Assembly: GCA_017307355.1 (NCBI GenBank)
Contig: JAFKFG010000019.1
Location: 3,426 to 67,425 of the forward strand
Length of the DNA: 64,000 bases
Direction of reading: 5' to 3'
Origin: Alphaproteobacteria bacterium
Lineage (GTDB): Bacteria > Pseudomonadota > Alphaproteobacteria > Micropepsales > Micropepsaceae
Made by a program: the position numbers and the translations under genes. The notes under the pieces are model-generated. The model was not told the origin of the DNA. It made no database searches and was given only the letters and a program-made list of their open reading frames with translations. Numbering within the stretch: position 1 is the stretch's first letter; each line of letters opens with the position of its first letter. Shown one piece after another: positions 37,565 to 48,208 of this stretch.

Positions 37565-38394
37565 TGCGCCGCCGCGCGTTTCTGACCGGCGGTTTTGCTC
37601 TTCTGGCCACGCCCGTTTGGGCGGTCAACGGGAACCGGCTGGTCGTCAAGGGCGCGATGGAGCAGGGCAGCTTGGCGCTCGGCTATGCCAATCCCAAAGC
37701 GACGGTGAAAATCGACGGCCAGGCCGTGCGGCTATCGCCGGATGGTGTTTTCGCGTTCGGCTTCGCCTTTGATCAGACCAAGCCCAGCCTGGTCGAAGTG
37801 ACCTGGAGCGACGGCATGATCGAGAGCCAGTCCTACACCCCCACGGTACGCCAATATGAGATTCAGCGCGTCAACGGCCTGCCGCAGAACACCGTGACGC
37901 CGCCGCCCGACGTGCTGGAACGAATCAAGCGGGAAGCGGGCGAGATTTATGTTGCGCGCCAGCGCGACGTGCCGGGCAGCGATTTCCTCTCAGGCTTCGA
38001 CTGGCCCGCGCCCGGACGGGAAAGCGGCGTGTTCGGCAGCCAGCGTATCGACAATGGCGTGCCGATGGCGCCGCATTTCGGGGTCGACATGGCGGCGCCG
38101 ACGGGCACGCCGATCCATGCGCCCGCCGATGGCACGGTGTCTCTGTCGGCGGACCATTATCTCAATGGCGGTTTCACTCTGATCGATCACGGCCAGGGCG
38201 TTTCGACGTCATATCTGCATCAGTCCAAACGGTTGGTGAAGGACGGCGATGTGGTGAAGCGCGGGCAAAAGATCGGCGAGATCGGGCAGACCGGTCGCGC
38301 CACCGGACCGCATCTGCATTGGGCGATGAACTGGTTCGAAGTGAAGCTGGACCCGTCGCGCTCCACGCGCAAACCCAAGCCTGATCTTCTTTAA
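37564..38394 (+). CDS. M23-family (LytM-type) metallopeptidase
   Basis: Start overlaps the upstream stop (TGATG). Tat-like signal (MRRRAFLTGGFALLATPVWA). M23 motifs HFGVDMAAPTGTPIHAPADG and GQTGRATGPHLHW. Confidence 0.85.
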   Translation: MRRRAFLTGGFALLATPVWAVNGNRLVVKGAMEQGSLALGYANPKATVKIDGQAVRLSPDGVFAFGFAFDQTKPSLVEVTWSDGMIESQSYTPTVRQYEIQRVNGLPQNTVTPPPDVLERIKREAGEIYVARQRDVPGSDFLSGFDWPAPGRESGVFGSQRIDNGVPMAPHFGVDMAAPTGTPIHAPADGTVSLSADHYLNGGFTLIDHGQGVSTSYLHQSKRLVKDGDVVKRGQKIGEIGQTGRATGPHLHWAMNWFEVKLDPSRSTRKPKPDLL

Positions 38395-38482
38395 TTCCCC
38401 CTCCGGCCTTCGCATATTGCTTTTGCGCTCCGGCTCGCGCCTACGCGCCGCAAGCGCTGCTGCGTTCATACGCTGGCGCTAC

Positions 38483-38542
38483 TCACCCTCCCCACCAGCA
38501 TGCTTCGCATGCGCGGAGGTGAGCATGGCGGCCAAGCCATGC
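38483..38542. other. Two adjacent GC-rich hairpins in a convergent intergenic spacer
   Basis: In the first hairpin, 38483-38492 pairs with 38515-38523 (9 bp, one bulge) and encloses a 6-bp GCATGC/GCATGC stem (38498-38512). In the second, 38523-38529 pairs with 38536-38542 (7 bp). Neither has a U-tract. Confidence 0.6.
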
Positions 38543-38558
38543 GAACGGCCTGTGCTTG

Positions 38559-39479
38559 CTACAATCTCTTGCTCGTCGTGACGTCGCGCTCGGTCGGCCA
38601 GCGGCGATGAATCCACAGCCATTGCCCGGGATCGGCGCGCACCATCTCTTCCAGCCTGAGATTGATGGCCCCGGTCATCGCCCGCATGTCGGCGTCATCG
38701 TCTCCGCTGGGAGTAAAGTCCAGCGGCGGATAGACGGTGACGGCAAAGCGCGCGCCGCCCAGTCTTTTGTTCGACGCGAAAATCATCGGCACTTTCAGTT
38801 TCAGAGCCAGGGCCGCGGGTGCCGGCGTGGTCATGGCGTCGCGCCCGAAAAAGGGCACGGCAATTCCTTCATTGGTCTTCTGGTCCGCCAGCAGCAGGAT
38901 GGCCTTGCCGCTCCTGAGCAGGGTGAAAATGCGCCTGGTGCCCTGATGCTTGCTGATCTGTTCGGCATAACCCCTGTGCGCCCGGGCCCGCGCGATATAG
39001 CGATCGACATAGGGATTGTTGGGCGGGCGATAGACGATGGCGCCGTCTATTCCATAGCACGACGCCGATATGGGCATGATTTCCCAGTTGGCGAAATGGC
39101 CCGAAACGATCAGCACGCCTCTGCCGCGGATCTTGTCGATCTCTTCCAGGTTGTTCACCTGAATGCGCGGATTGGGTCCATCAAGATCGAATTTGTCGAG
39201 ATGGGCGTATTCGGCCACCGTGCGGCCCAGATTGTCCCACATGGTGCGGATGATGGCGTCGCGTTCCGCTTCGGATTTTTCCGGAAAGGCGGCGATGAGG
39301 TTGTCGCGCGCGCGTTTGGTCACCCGGGTCCGCGCGAAGATTTCCCGGCCGATGAAGCCGCCCACCGCGGAGGCGGCGTCCACGCCGATCAAGCGAAAGA
39401 AGCCCATGAAGGCAAGGAAAAGCGCGGCCTCGGCGCCATAGCGCAATTTCTGGGAGAGGGAGAGTGCGGGCGCGGCCAT
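38559..39479 (-). CDS. Lipid A late (lauroyl/myristoyl) acyltransferase, LpxL/HtrB family
   Basis: 306 aa with an N-terminal TM segment and the acyltransferase block VLIVSGHFANWE. It is last in the msbA-waaA-lpxK string. Confidence 0.8.
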   Translation of the reverse strand: MAAPALSLSQKLRYGAEAALFLAFMGFFRLIGVDAASAVGGFIGREIFARTRVTKRARDNLIAAFPEKSEAERDAIIRTMWDNLGRTVAEYAHLDKFDLDGPNPRIQVNNLEEIDKIRGRGVLIVSGHFANWEIMPISASCYGIDGAIVYRPPNNPYVDRYIARARAHRGYAEQISKHQGTRRIFTLLRSGKAILLLADQKTNEGIAVPFFGRDAMTTPAPAALALKLKVPMIFASNKRLGGARFAVTVYPPLDFTPSGDDDADMRAMTGAINLRLEEMVRADPGQWLWIHRRWPTERDVTTSKRL

Positions 39480-39493
39480 GGATGGTCCCCGCG

Positions 39494-40444
39494 CTAAACC
39501 GCGGGTCTGTTGCTGTCAAGCAACCGGTCCAGCGCCGCCTCATCGTCGAACCGTGCCTTGACCGGCAGGACCGCGATCCCCGCGCGATCCTTGGCATCCA
39601 GCCGCACCAGGTCTTTTTCCGTGGTGACCAGCGCAGCATCGCCCGCCTGTGCTTTCAACGCCGCGATTTCGCCGGCCCGATACGGGTGATGATCGGCGAA
39701 GAATTGCGTTCCGGTCACGATGGCGCCCGCTTCCTGGAGCGAGGCCAGGAATTTTTCGGGCCGTCCGATGCCGGCGAACGCGAAGACGCGCCGGCCCTGA
39801 AACGCTTTGCCGTCCGCGACCAGCCGGGCGCGAAGGATTGGCCCCCGATACCCGCCAAGATCCGGGTTTCCATCGTTCATGATGATGACGGCATCGGCGC
39901 GGGCGAGGCCCTGTGCCACGGATTCGCGCAAGGGACCGGCCGGTATCATCAGGCCATTGCCGAAGCCGCTTTCGCCATCCACCACCACGATCGACAGGTC
40001 CTTGGCCAGCATGAAATTCTGGTGGCCATCATCCATCACGACCGTCGTGGCGCCTTGCGCGACAGCAAAAGCGGCGCCTTCGGCTCGGTCGCGCGCCACG
40101 ATGGTGGAAGCGGAATGCGCCAGGAGCAGCGCTTCGTCGCCCATCTGGGATGCGTTGCTTTCCGGCTGGACCAGCGCCGGACCGCGTTCGGTGCCGCCAT
40201 AGCCGCGGGTAAGGAAGAAGACTCGCTCGCCCCGTGCCTTCAATCGCGCGCCCAGCGCCAACGCCACCGGCGTCTTGCCGCTGCCGCCGGCCGTGAGATT
40301 GCCAACGCAAATGACCCGGGCGGCGGCGCGGTACGGCCTGGCATGACGCGCCTTCCAGGACACACTGGCGCCATAGAGCGCGCCCAACGGCGCCAGCAAC
40401 AAGGCGGCGGGGCCGCGCCGTTGCCAGAATTCAGGCGCGCGCAT
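39494..40444 (-). CDS. lpxK: Tetraacyldisaccharide 4'-kinase
   Basis: P-loop motif VICVGNLTAGGSGKTP and the block LTRGYGG. Confidence 0.9.
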   Translation of the reverse strand: MRAPEFWQRRGPAALLLAPLGALYGASVSWKARHARPYRAAARVICVGNLTAGGSGKTPVALALGARLKARGERVFFLTRGYGGTERGPALVQPESNASQMGDEALLLAHSASTIVARDRAEGAAFAVAQGATTVVMDDGHQNFMLAKDLSIVVVDGESGFGNGLMIPAGPLRESVAQGLARADAVIIMNDGNPDLGGYRGPILRARLVADGKAFQGRRVFAFAGIGRPEKFLASLQEAGAIVTGTQFFADHHPYRAGEIAALKAQAGDAALVTTEKDLVRLDAKDRAGIAVLPVKARFDDEAALDRLLDSNRPAV

Positions 40445-41707
40445 CGGTGCCCAGGAGACTTTTCACGGCTCCGATGGTCTTCTCTACGGCCCCAGAAAGT
40501 TTTGCGGCCCCCCGCGCAGCAGCCGCACCGGCGGCCCGAGCGACCTCAGGATCCGCCAGAAGACGTTCAGCTTCGCGCGCGATATCGGCGGATGTCTGGA
40601 CATCGCCGAAGCCTTGCGCACGCAACACTTCTTCGAAGGCGCGGGCGGAATTGGCCCGCGAAGGTCCGGCCAGGACGGCGCAATTCAATATCGCCGGCTC
40701 CAGGGGATTATGCCCCTGCATCGGCACCAGGGTTCCGCCCAGGAAGCAGAAAGATGGAAGGCGATAGAACAATCCCAATTCGTTCATCGTGTCCGCGACA
40801 TAGACCGCGGTGTTCGCGGTGACCGGCTCGCCCGCCGCGCGTCGGGCGTTGGGCCGGGCGCCGCACAGCATGGCGATATCCGGGCCACGCTCCACATGGC
40901 GTGGCACAATGATGGTGAGAAGATCGGGAAAGCGTGCCCGGAGCTGATCATGCGCCGGCAGAATGGTTTCATCTTCGCCGGGATGGGTCTGGGCGGCCAG
41001 CAATACCGGCCGGTTCGCGATCATGGTCCGCATCGCCGCCAGGGCGTCTTCGTCGCAGGACAAGGGCGGCGCGTCCGCTTTCAAGCTGCCCGCCACCACC
41101 ACGTCATGCGCGCCCAGGGCGCGGAAGCGCGCCGCGAAATCTTCATCTTGCGCCAGGATCGTATCGAAAACGCCCAAAAGCGTGCGCGCCATTTGCGGCA
41201 CCCGCCGCCAGCCCGCCGCCGAGCGTTCGGAAATCCGCGCATTGATCAGCGCCAGCTTCACCCCGCGCCGTTCAGCTTCCAGAAGCAGGTTGGGCCAAAG
41301 ATCGGATTCCACGAACAGGCCCGCTGCGGGACGCCAGTGATCCAGGAAGCGGGCGGCGGCGCGCGGCGTGTCCAGCGGCACATATTGATGAATGGCGCCC
41401 GCGGGCAGGCGCGCCTGCATCATGTTCGCGCTGGTGACGGTTCCACTGGTCACCAGCACTCTGATGTCTTCCGCCAATAGCTTTTCGATCAGGGGCAACG
41501 CCGCCAGGCTTTCGCCCACGCTGGCGCCATGAATCCAGACCAGGCGGCCTTCCGGTCGCGGGCTGCTGGCAATACCCAGCCTTTCACCCATCCGGGCGCG
41601 GTCTTCCTTGCCCCGCGCCGCCCGTTCGCGCAGCAGAAGCGGCGTCAACGGCGTCACCGCGATGCCCAGCCAGCGCCAGGCGTGAAGGCCCAGAGGCAAC
41701 CGCGCCA

Positions 41708-41708
<1 letters not shown>
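40431..41708 (-). CDS. waaA: 3-deoxy-D-manno-octulosonic acid (Kdo) transferase
   Basis: 425 aa. Motif LVWIHGASVGESLAALPLIEKL and a C-terminal GT-B block (FLGGTLVPMQGHNPLEPA). Overlaps lpxK by 14 nt and msbA by 1 nt. Confidence 0.9.
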
Positions 41709-43486
<1,778 letters not shown>

Positions 43487-43564
43487 CCGCGCCCCTTTAG
43501 CACGGGTTCCATGGTCCCCGCGAGGCTCAAACACATTGATTCGCCAACGGCTTAGTTAAGGGGC

Positions 43565-43828
43565 CTAATTGTCCTGGCCATCCGGCTCCATCAGCCGGTG
43601 GATATGGACCACGAAATAGCGCATCTGGGCATTGTCCACGCTGGATTGCGCCTTGGCGGCCCAGGCCCGGCGGGCCTCCGCGAAATTGGGATACATGCCC
43701 ACGATGTCGAGCTTGGACAGATCCTTGAATTCGATGCTGTCGGTGGAGGTCAGTTCGCCGCCAAAAACCAGATGCAGCAGCTGTTTGGGGGTGGAGGTGG
43801 TCATCGGCGGTCTCATTGGATTGTCCAC
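43565..43828 (-). CDS. DUF4170 domain-containing protein
   Basis: LLHLVFGGELTSTDSIEFKDLSKLDIVGMYPNFAEARRAWAAKAQSSVDNAQMRYFVVHIHRL matches my recollection of DUF4170. Confidence 0.7.
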   Translation of the reverse strand: MDNPMRPPMTTSTPKQLLHLVFGGELTSTDSIEFKDLSKLDIVGMYPNFAEARRAWAAKAQSSVDNAQMRYFVVHIHRLMEPDGQDN

Positions 43829-43834
43829 GATCCT

Positions 43835-44629
43835 TTAGGGGGAATCGGGACGGGTTTTAAGCGAATTCTTTGCGGCAATTCCCGCCAACAAGGGGCCGGT
43901 CAATCCGGGTCCGGCGGCGATGGTCGCGCCTTGAAGGGCGAGCGGCCCGTTATAGGTCAGGAGGGTGTCGTCGGAGCCTACCAGACGCCCACCCGCTTCG
44001 CCCAGGATGATGTCGGCCGCCGCCATGTCCCAGTCCCGCTTGGTGGTCAGGCTGATCATGGCGTCGAACCGGCCCGCCGCCACCAGTGCCACGCGATAGG
44101 CGATGGAACTGAAATTTTCGATATGCATGGGCGGCCAGCCGGCGAACGCCTGCTTGTTGCCCAGCAAACGGCATCCGGCGATTTCGGTTCGTCCTCCGAC
44201 ATGAATCGGCGCGCCGTTGAGAAAGGCGCCGTGTCCCGCTTCGGCGGTGAAATTCTCATCCGCGGCGGGATTGAAAACCACGCCCGCGGTCGGGCGCCCG
44301 TCTTCGACCACCGCGGCGCAGATGGTGAAATGCGGACGGCCTTTCATGAAGGCGACGGTGCCGTCGATCGGATCGACCACGAAAATCCGGCGTGCCTCAA
44401 GCCGGGCGGGATCGTCCAGACTCTCTTCGGACAACCAGCCATAGCCGGGGCGGGCGGCCTTCAGGGTGTTTTTGAGAAATGTGTCGACGGCCAGATCGGC
44501 TTCGGTGACGGGGCTGCCGCCATCCTTGGTCCAGCGCTTGAAATGGCCGCCAAAAAAACGAAGCGCGATTTTGCCCGCCTCGCGCACGGCGGAATTCAGA
44601 AGATCGAGGTCTGTTTCAAGACCCGGCAA
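43835..44629 (-). CDS. Inositol monophosphatase / CysQ-family phosphatase
   Basis: Motifs WLSEES and VVDPIDGT plus a C-terminal WDMAAADIIL block, typical of the IMPase superfamily. Confidence 0.8.
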   Translation of the reverse strand: MPGLETDLDLLNSAVREAGKIALRFFGGHFKRWTKDGGSPVTEADLAVDTFLKNTLKAARPGYGWLSEESLDDPARLEARRIFVVDPIDGTVAFMKGRPHFTICAAVVEDGRPTAGVVFNPAADENFTAEAGHGAFLNGAPIHVGGRTEIAGCRLLGNKQAFAGWPPMHIENFSSIAYRVALVAAGRFDAMISLTTKRDWDMAAADIILGEAGGRLVGSDDTLLTYNGPLALQGATIAAGPGLTGPLLAGIAAKNSLKTRPDSP

Positions 44630-45959
44630 TCGTCATTCCCTCTATCCGGCAGGTCGGGGCATTGGTCCCGTAGCGGAATTCCAGATCGCTGGCCGGCGTC
44701 AGATGGAGGAGCATGTCCTTGAGATTGCCGGCGATGGTGACTTCCGAGACGGGGTAGACGATCTCGCCATTCTCGATCCAGAAGCCGGCGGCGCCGCGGC
44801 TGTAATCGCCGGTGACGCTGTTGACGCCCATGCCCATCAATTCGGTGACGTAGAAACCCTGTTTGATGTCGGCAATCAGCTCTTTGCGCGACAGCGTCCC
44901 GGCTTCCATATAGAGATTGGTGGCCGACGGCATGGGCGGTCCCCCGGTGCCGCGCGCGGCATGGCCGGTGGTGACGAGGCCCAGCTGCTTGGCGCTGGCA
45001 CAATCCAAGAGCCAGGTGGTGAGCATGCCCTTGTCGATCAGGGCGCGGCGCTTGTTGGCGACGCCTTCGCCGTCGAAGGGCTTGGAGCGCAAGCCGCGAA
45101 GCCGGTGCGGGTCGTCGATGATGGTCACATGCGGGGCGAAGAGCGCCGTTCCCATGCGGTCTTTCAGGAAGCTGGTGCCGCGCGCCACGCTGGCGCCGGA
45201 GATCGCCCCGGCCAGGTGGCCGACCAGGCCGCCGGATTCGCGCGGATCGAACACCACCGGGACGTTCTGGGATTTCACTTTGCGGGGGTGAAGCCGCCGC
45301 ACCGCGCGTTCGCCGGCGCTGCGCCCGATCTCGGCGGCGCTTTCCAGGTCGCCCGCATGCCGGGCGCTGGCATGATCGTAATCGCGCTCCATGCCGGTGC
45401 CTTCGCCGGCCAGCACCGCGACCCCGATGCTGTGGCTGGTGCCGGCATAGCGGCCGTAAAATCCTTCGCTGGTGGCAAGCGCCACGGCCGCGTGCGAAAA
45501 GCTGGCGCCGCCACCTTCGGAATTGGTGACACCCGCAACGTCCAGCCCCGCCTGTTCGGCGTCGCGGGCGCGGGCGACCAGAATCTCGGCCGCGGGCTCC
45601 TCGGGGTCTTCGAGATCGAGGGCGGGAATGGTGCGTGCCAGCAGGTCGGACGGCGCCAACCCGGCGAATTTGTCTTCCGGCGCCAGCCGGGCCATCGCCA
45701 GCGCGCGGGCGGGCAGCGCTCTTATCGCATCGTCGGAAAAATCGCCGGATGAAACAAAAGCAACCCGGTTGCCGACAAAGACGCGCAGGCCCAGATCGGC
45801 GCTTTCGCTGCGCTCGATATCCTCCAGCCGGCCCAGCCGGTAGGACACGCTGGCGGAGACATTCTCGACCAGAAGGGCGTCGGCGGCATCGGCGCCTTCG
45901 GCGCGGGCGGTGCTGAGCAGGGTTTCCAGGATGCGCTGGGGATCGCGGGGCTTGGACAT
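44616..45959 (-). CDS. pmbA: TldE/PmbA metalloprotease subunit
   Basis: ATG 45959. PmbA-like N-terminus (LLSTARAEGADAADALLVENVSASVSYRLGRLEDIERSES) and C-terminal FWIENGEIVYPVSEVTIAGNL. Confidence 0.85.
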   Translation of the reverse strand: MSKPRDPQRILETLLSTARAEGADAADALLVENVSASVSYRLGRLEDIERSESADLGLRVFVGNRVAFVSSGDFSDDAIRALPARALAMARLAPEDKFAGLAPSDLLARTIPALDLEDPEEPAAEILVARARDAEQAGLDVAGVTNSEGGGASFSHAAVALATSEGFYGRYAGTSHSIGVAVLAGEGTGMERDYDHASARHAGDLESAAEIGRSAGERAVRRLHPRKVKSQNVPVVFDPRESGGLVGHLAGAISGASVARGTSFLKDRMGTALFAPHVTIIDDPHRLRGLRSKPFDGEGVANKRRALIDKGMLTTWLLDCASAKQLGLVTTGHAARGTGGPPMPSATNLYMEAGTLSRKELIADIKQGFYVTELMGMGVNSVTGDYSRGAAGFWIENGEIVYPVSEVTIAGNLKDMLLHLTPASDLEFRYGTNAPTCRIEGMTIAGS

Positions 45960-46023
45960 CCCGTTCCGATGCCGCAAAGGCGCCAGCCAGTCAAGCGAAC
46001 CGGCGCGGGGCCGGCGATTATCG

Positions 46024-47034
46024 TTACCGGTTCTGGAAGCGGAACAGGGCGGATTCGCCCCGTACGGCTTCGGAAATATAGAGGCGCTTTTCCTTGGCCG
46101 CGTAATAGACGTGCAGGTGCCTCAAGACATCCATGCCGATCAGAAGGTCGGGAAAGACCACATCGTCGGCATCGTCCAGGCCCTCCATCCGGCGAATCTT
46201 CTCACGCGTGGCGATCTTGTCCTGCATCAGATAGATCCGCAGATTGAGAACATCGACGCCGTCGAATGTGAGCTTGTCGAAGCGGTGGCCATAGGCGTCG
46301 AGCGACTTTTCGCCATTGGCCATCGTCAATGGCTGCATGTCGGGCGAGTCCGGGTTGAGCCCGAACAGATGGTTCGCGACGGCCATGTTCATGGCGGTGT
46401 ATTGCGAGCCGGTATCGAGCACCGCATTCAGGGTGTGCCCGTCCACCGTCACCGGCAGGAAAATCAGATTGCGCTTCACGGTAATGGGCACCGCCGCGAC
46501 ATGATCGGCCGGCCAATAGATCACTTGCCCGTCGCAATGGTCCGTCGAAAAGGCGGTCAGGCGCTTGGCGCCGAAATCCATGTCGAGATCGGTGTCCGAA
46601 AACAGGTCGGTCGCCAAAAGCCCGTCATAAGGCAATGACGTTCCCAGCTCGGGATTGGGCGCGACCAGCATCGAGATGCCTTTCTCGTTGCGCTCGCCCA
46701 GGGTGAGCCGGTCCAAGGTCGCCTGGGCGTTGGACGCGTTGCCGGCAAGGTCGAACAACCGGCGCCGGCTATAGTGCTGCGGAAGGTTCAGCGCGTCGGC
46801 GGTGGCGCGGGAAATCTGACTGACCAGCCCGCCGGTATCCAGAAGCAGCTTCTTGTCCGAACCGTCGATCTTGACCGGCACCAGCATCACCGTCCGGTCG
46901 GTCGTGCTTTGCATCTGCACCGAATTGACGATGCGCAGGCTGGGCACGCACTCCGCAGCCTGGGCGGGCAGAGCGATCAACAGCAAGCCCAGCAGAATTG
47001 GCGAACGCATCAGCGCGGCGCGGACATTCCCCAT
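46024..47034 (-). CDS. Secreted two-domain retropepsin-like aspartic protease (paralogue 1)
   Basis: Signal peptide (ILLGLLLIALPAQA). Two DTG modules (KKLLLDTGGLVSQI; LNAVLDTGSQYTAM). Lobe-end motifs FSTDHCDGQVIYWP and LIGMDVLRHLHVYY. Confidence 0.75.
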   Translation of the reverse strand: MGNVRAALMRSPILLGLLLIALPAQAAECVPSLRIVNSVQMQSTTDRTVMLVPVKIDGSDKKLLLDTGGLVSQISRATADALNLPQHYSRRRLFDLAGNASNAQATLDRLTLGERNEKGISMLVAPNPELGTSLPYDGLLATDLFSDTDLDMDFGAKRLTAFSTDHCDGQVIYWPADHVAAVPITVKRNLIFLPVTVDGHTLNAVLDTGSQYTAMNMAVANHLFGLNPDSPDMQPLTMANGEKSLDAYGHRFDKLTFDGVDVLNLRIYLMQDKIATREKIRRMEGLDDADDVVFPDLLIGMDVLRHLHVYYAAKEKRLYISEAVRGESALFRFQNR

Positions 47035-47087
47035 TGCCGCATCATAGAACAGGAGTGGGAAGTCACAAAGGTCGAAGTGATCGCGCC

Positions 47088-48101
47088 TCAGTTCGCGGGT
47101 GCAGCAGTTGTTGGCGTCGCTGAGCCGGTTTGCGGCCCACTGGCCGCCGTGATGTAGAGCTTGCGCTCCTCCACGGCGATGTACATGTGCAGGTGCCGCA
47201 GGACGTCCATTCCGATGATCATGTCGGGACTGAGACGGTTGGTCTGGTCGTCCAGATGTTCGGCCCGGCTGCCGAGCGTTGTGCGGTTGTCCGAATTTCT
47301 GCCCCCGCCGAATTGCATGGGACGTATCATCACTACCGGATTGCCGATCGCGACTCCCTCAAACGAAAGGCTGGAGAAGCGGCGCGGATAGATTTTCCCT
47401 TCGGGATCGTCCTTGAGAGAATTTGGGGCAGATGATGCGTCTGGCGAGAAGTTCAGCTTTCTCACCGCTCTATCCAAATTCAAAACGGTGCGGGTCGCGC
47501 CGGTATCCAATATCGCCACCATGGGATGCCCATCCAGCATGACGGGTATTTCCAGATGACCTCGAGTCATGTCGACCGGTACCACCGCCGTCGCGTCGTG
47601 TGGCCAATAAACGACGCGTCCGTCGCAATGATCCGTGGAGAAAATGTTCAAGCGCTCGGAACCGAAATCCAATTCGATGTCGTCATGCAAAAATCGGCCG
47701 GTCGAGAAAATGCCGTCAAAGGGCAGTCGCGCCGCAAGATCCGGATTGCTGTAAACCTGAAACTCCGCTCCTCCGGTATTGGCGCTGCCCAAAACCACGT
47801 CTTGAACGCGCACATAGGATTGCGAGGCATTGCCGTACAGGTCCACGGTGCGATACCGGCTGGTCAATTCCGGCAGCTTCAATTCCTGTGCTGTTTCTCG
47901 CGAGATGGAATTCAATCCGCCGCCGGTATCCAGCAGGAATTTCTTTTCCACGCCATTCAAGGTTATGGGAATTAGCGCCAGGCCATATTGGCGGACTGGT
48001 TCGATCTTGACGGAGTTTTTGATGTGCAGGGCCGAACAGTCGGCCGCGTTCGCCGCCCCGCCAAAGCCGATGATGAAAAGTGCCGCCCATAGAATGCGCA
48101 T
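47088..48101 (-). CDS. Secreted two-domain retropepsin-like aspartic protease (paralogue 2)
   Basis: ATG 48101 gives signal peptide MRILWAALFIIGFGGAANA. Two DTG modules (KKFLLDTGGGLNSI; MVAILDTGATRTVL) and motifs FSTDHCDGRVVYWP and IIGMDVLRHLHMYI. The listed ORF extension to 48257 is discarded. Confidence 0.75.
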   Translation of the reverse strand: MRILWAALFIIGFGGAANAADCSALHIKNSVKIEPVRQYGLALIPITLNGVEKKFLLDTGGGLNSISRETAQELKLPELTSRYRTVDLYGNASQSYVRVQDVVLGSANTGGAEFQVYSNPDLAARLPFDGIFSTGRFLHDDIELDFGSERLNIFSTDHCDGRVVYWPHDATAVVPVDMTRGHLEIPVMLDGHPMVAILDTGATRTVLNLDRAVRKLNFSPDASSAPNSLKDDPEGKIYPRRFSSLSFEGVAIGNPVVMIRPMQFGGGRNSDNRTTLGSRAEHLDDQTNRLSPDMIIGMDVLRHLHMYIAVEERKLYITAASGPQTGSATPTTAAPAN

Positions 48102-48174
48102 GAAGCCCCCGCTCTCGGCGCAAATTAACCGGCTATTTGTCTCAAAAATATCGCAGCGGTATTTCCTGGACGAC

Positions 48175-48190
48175 GTGAAAAAATTTTCAC
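48175..48190. promoter_or_regulatory. Perfect 7-2-7 inverted repeat GTGAAAA-AA-TTTTCAC
   Basis: Seen directly in the AT-rich spacer between the ubiD stop (48209) and the start of retropepsin paralogue 2 (48101). The cognate factor is unknown. Confidence 0.3.
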
Positions 48191-48208
48191 CCGCTAATTG
48201 TAGAAGCG

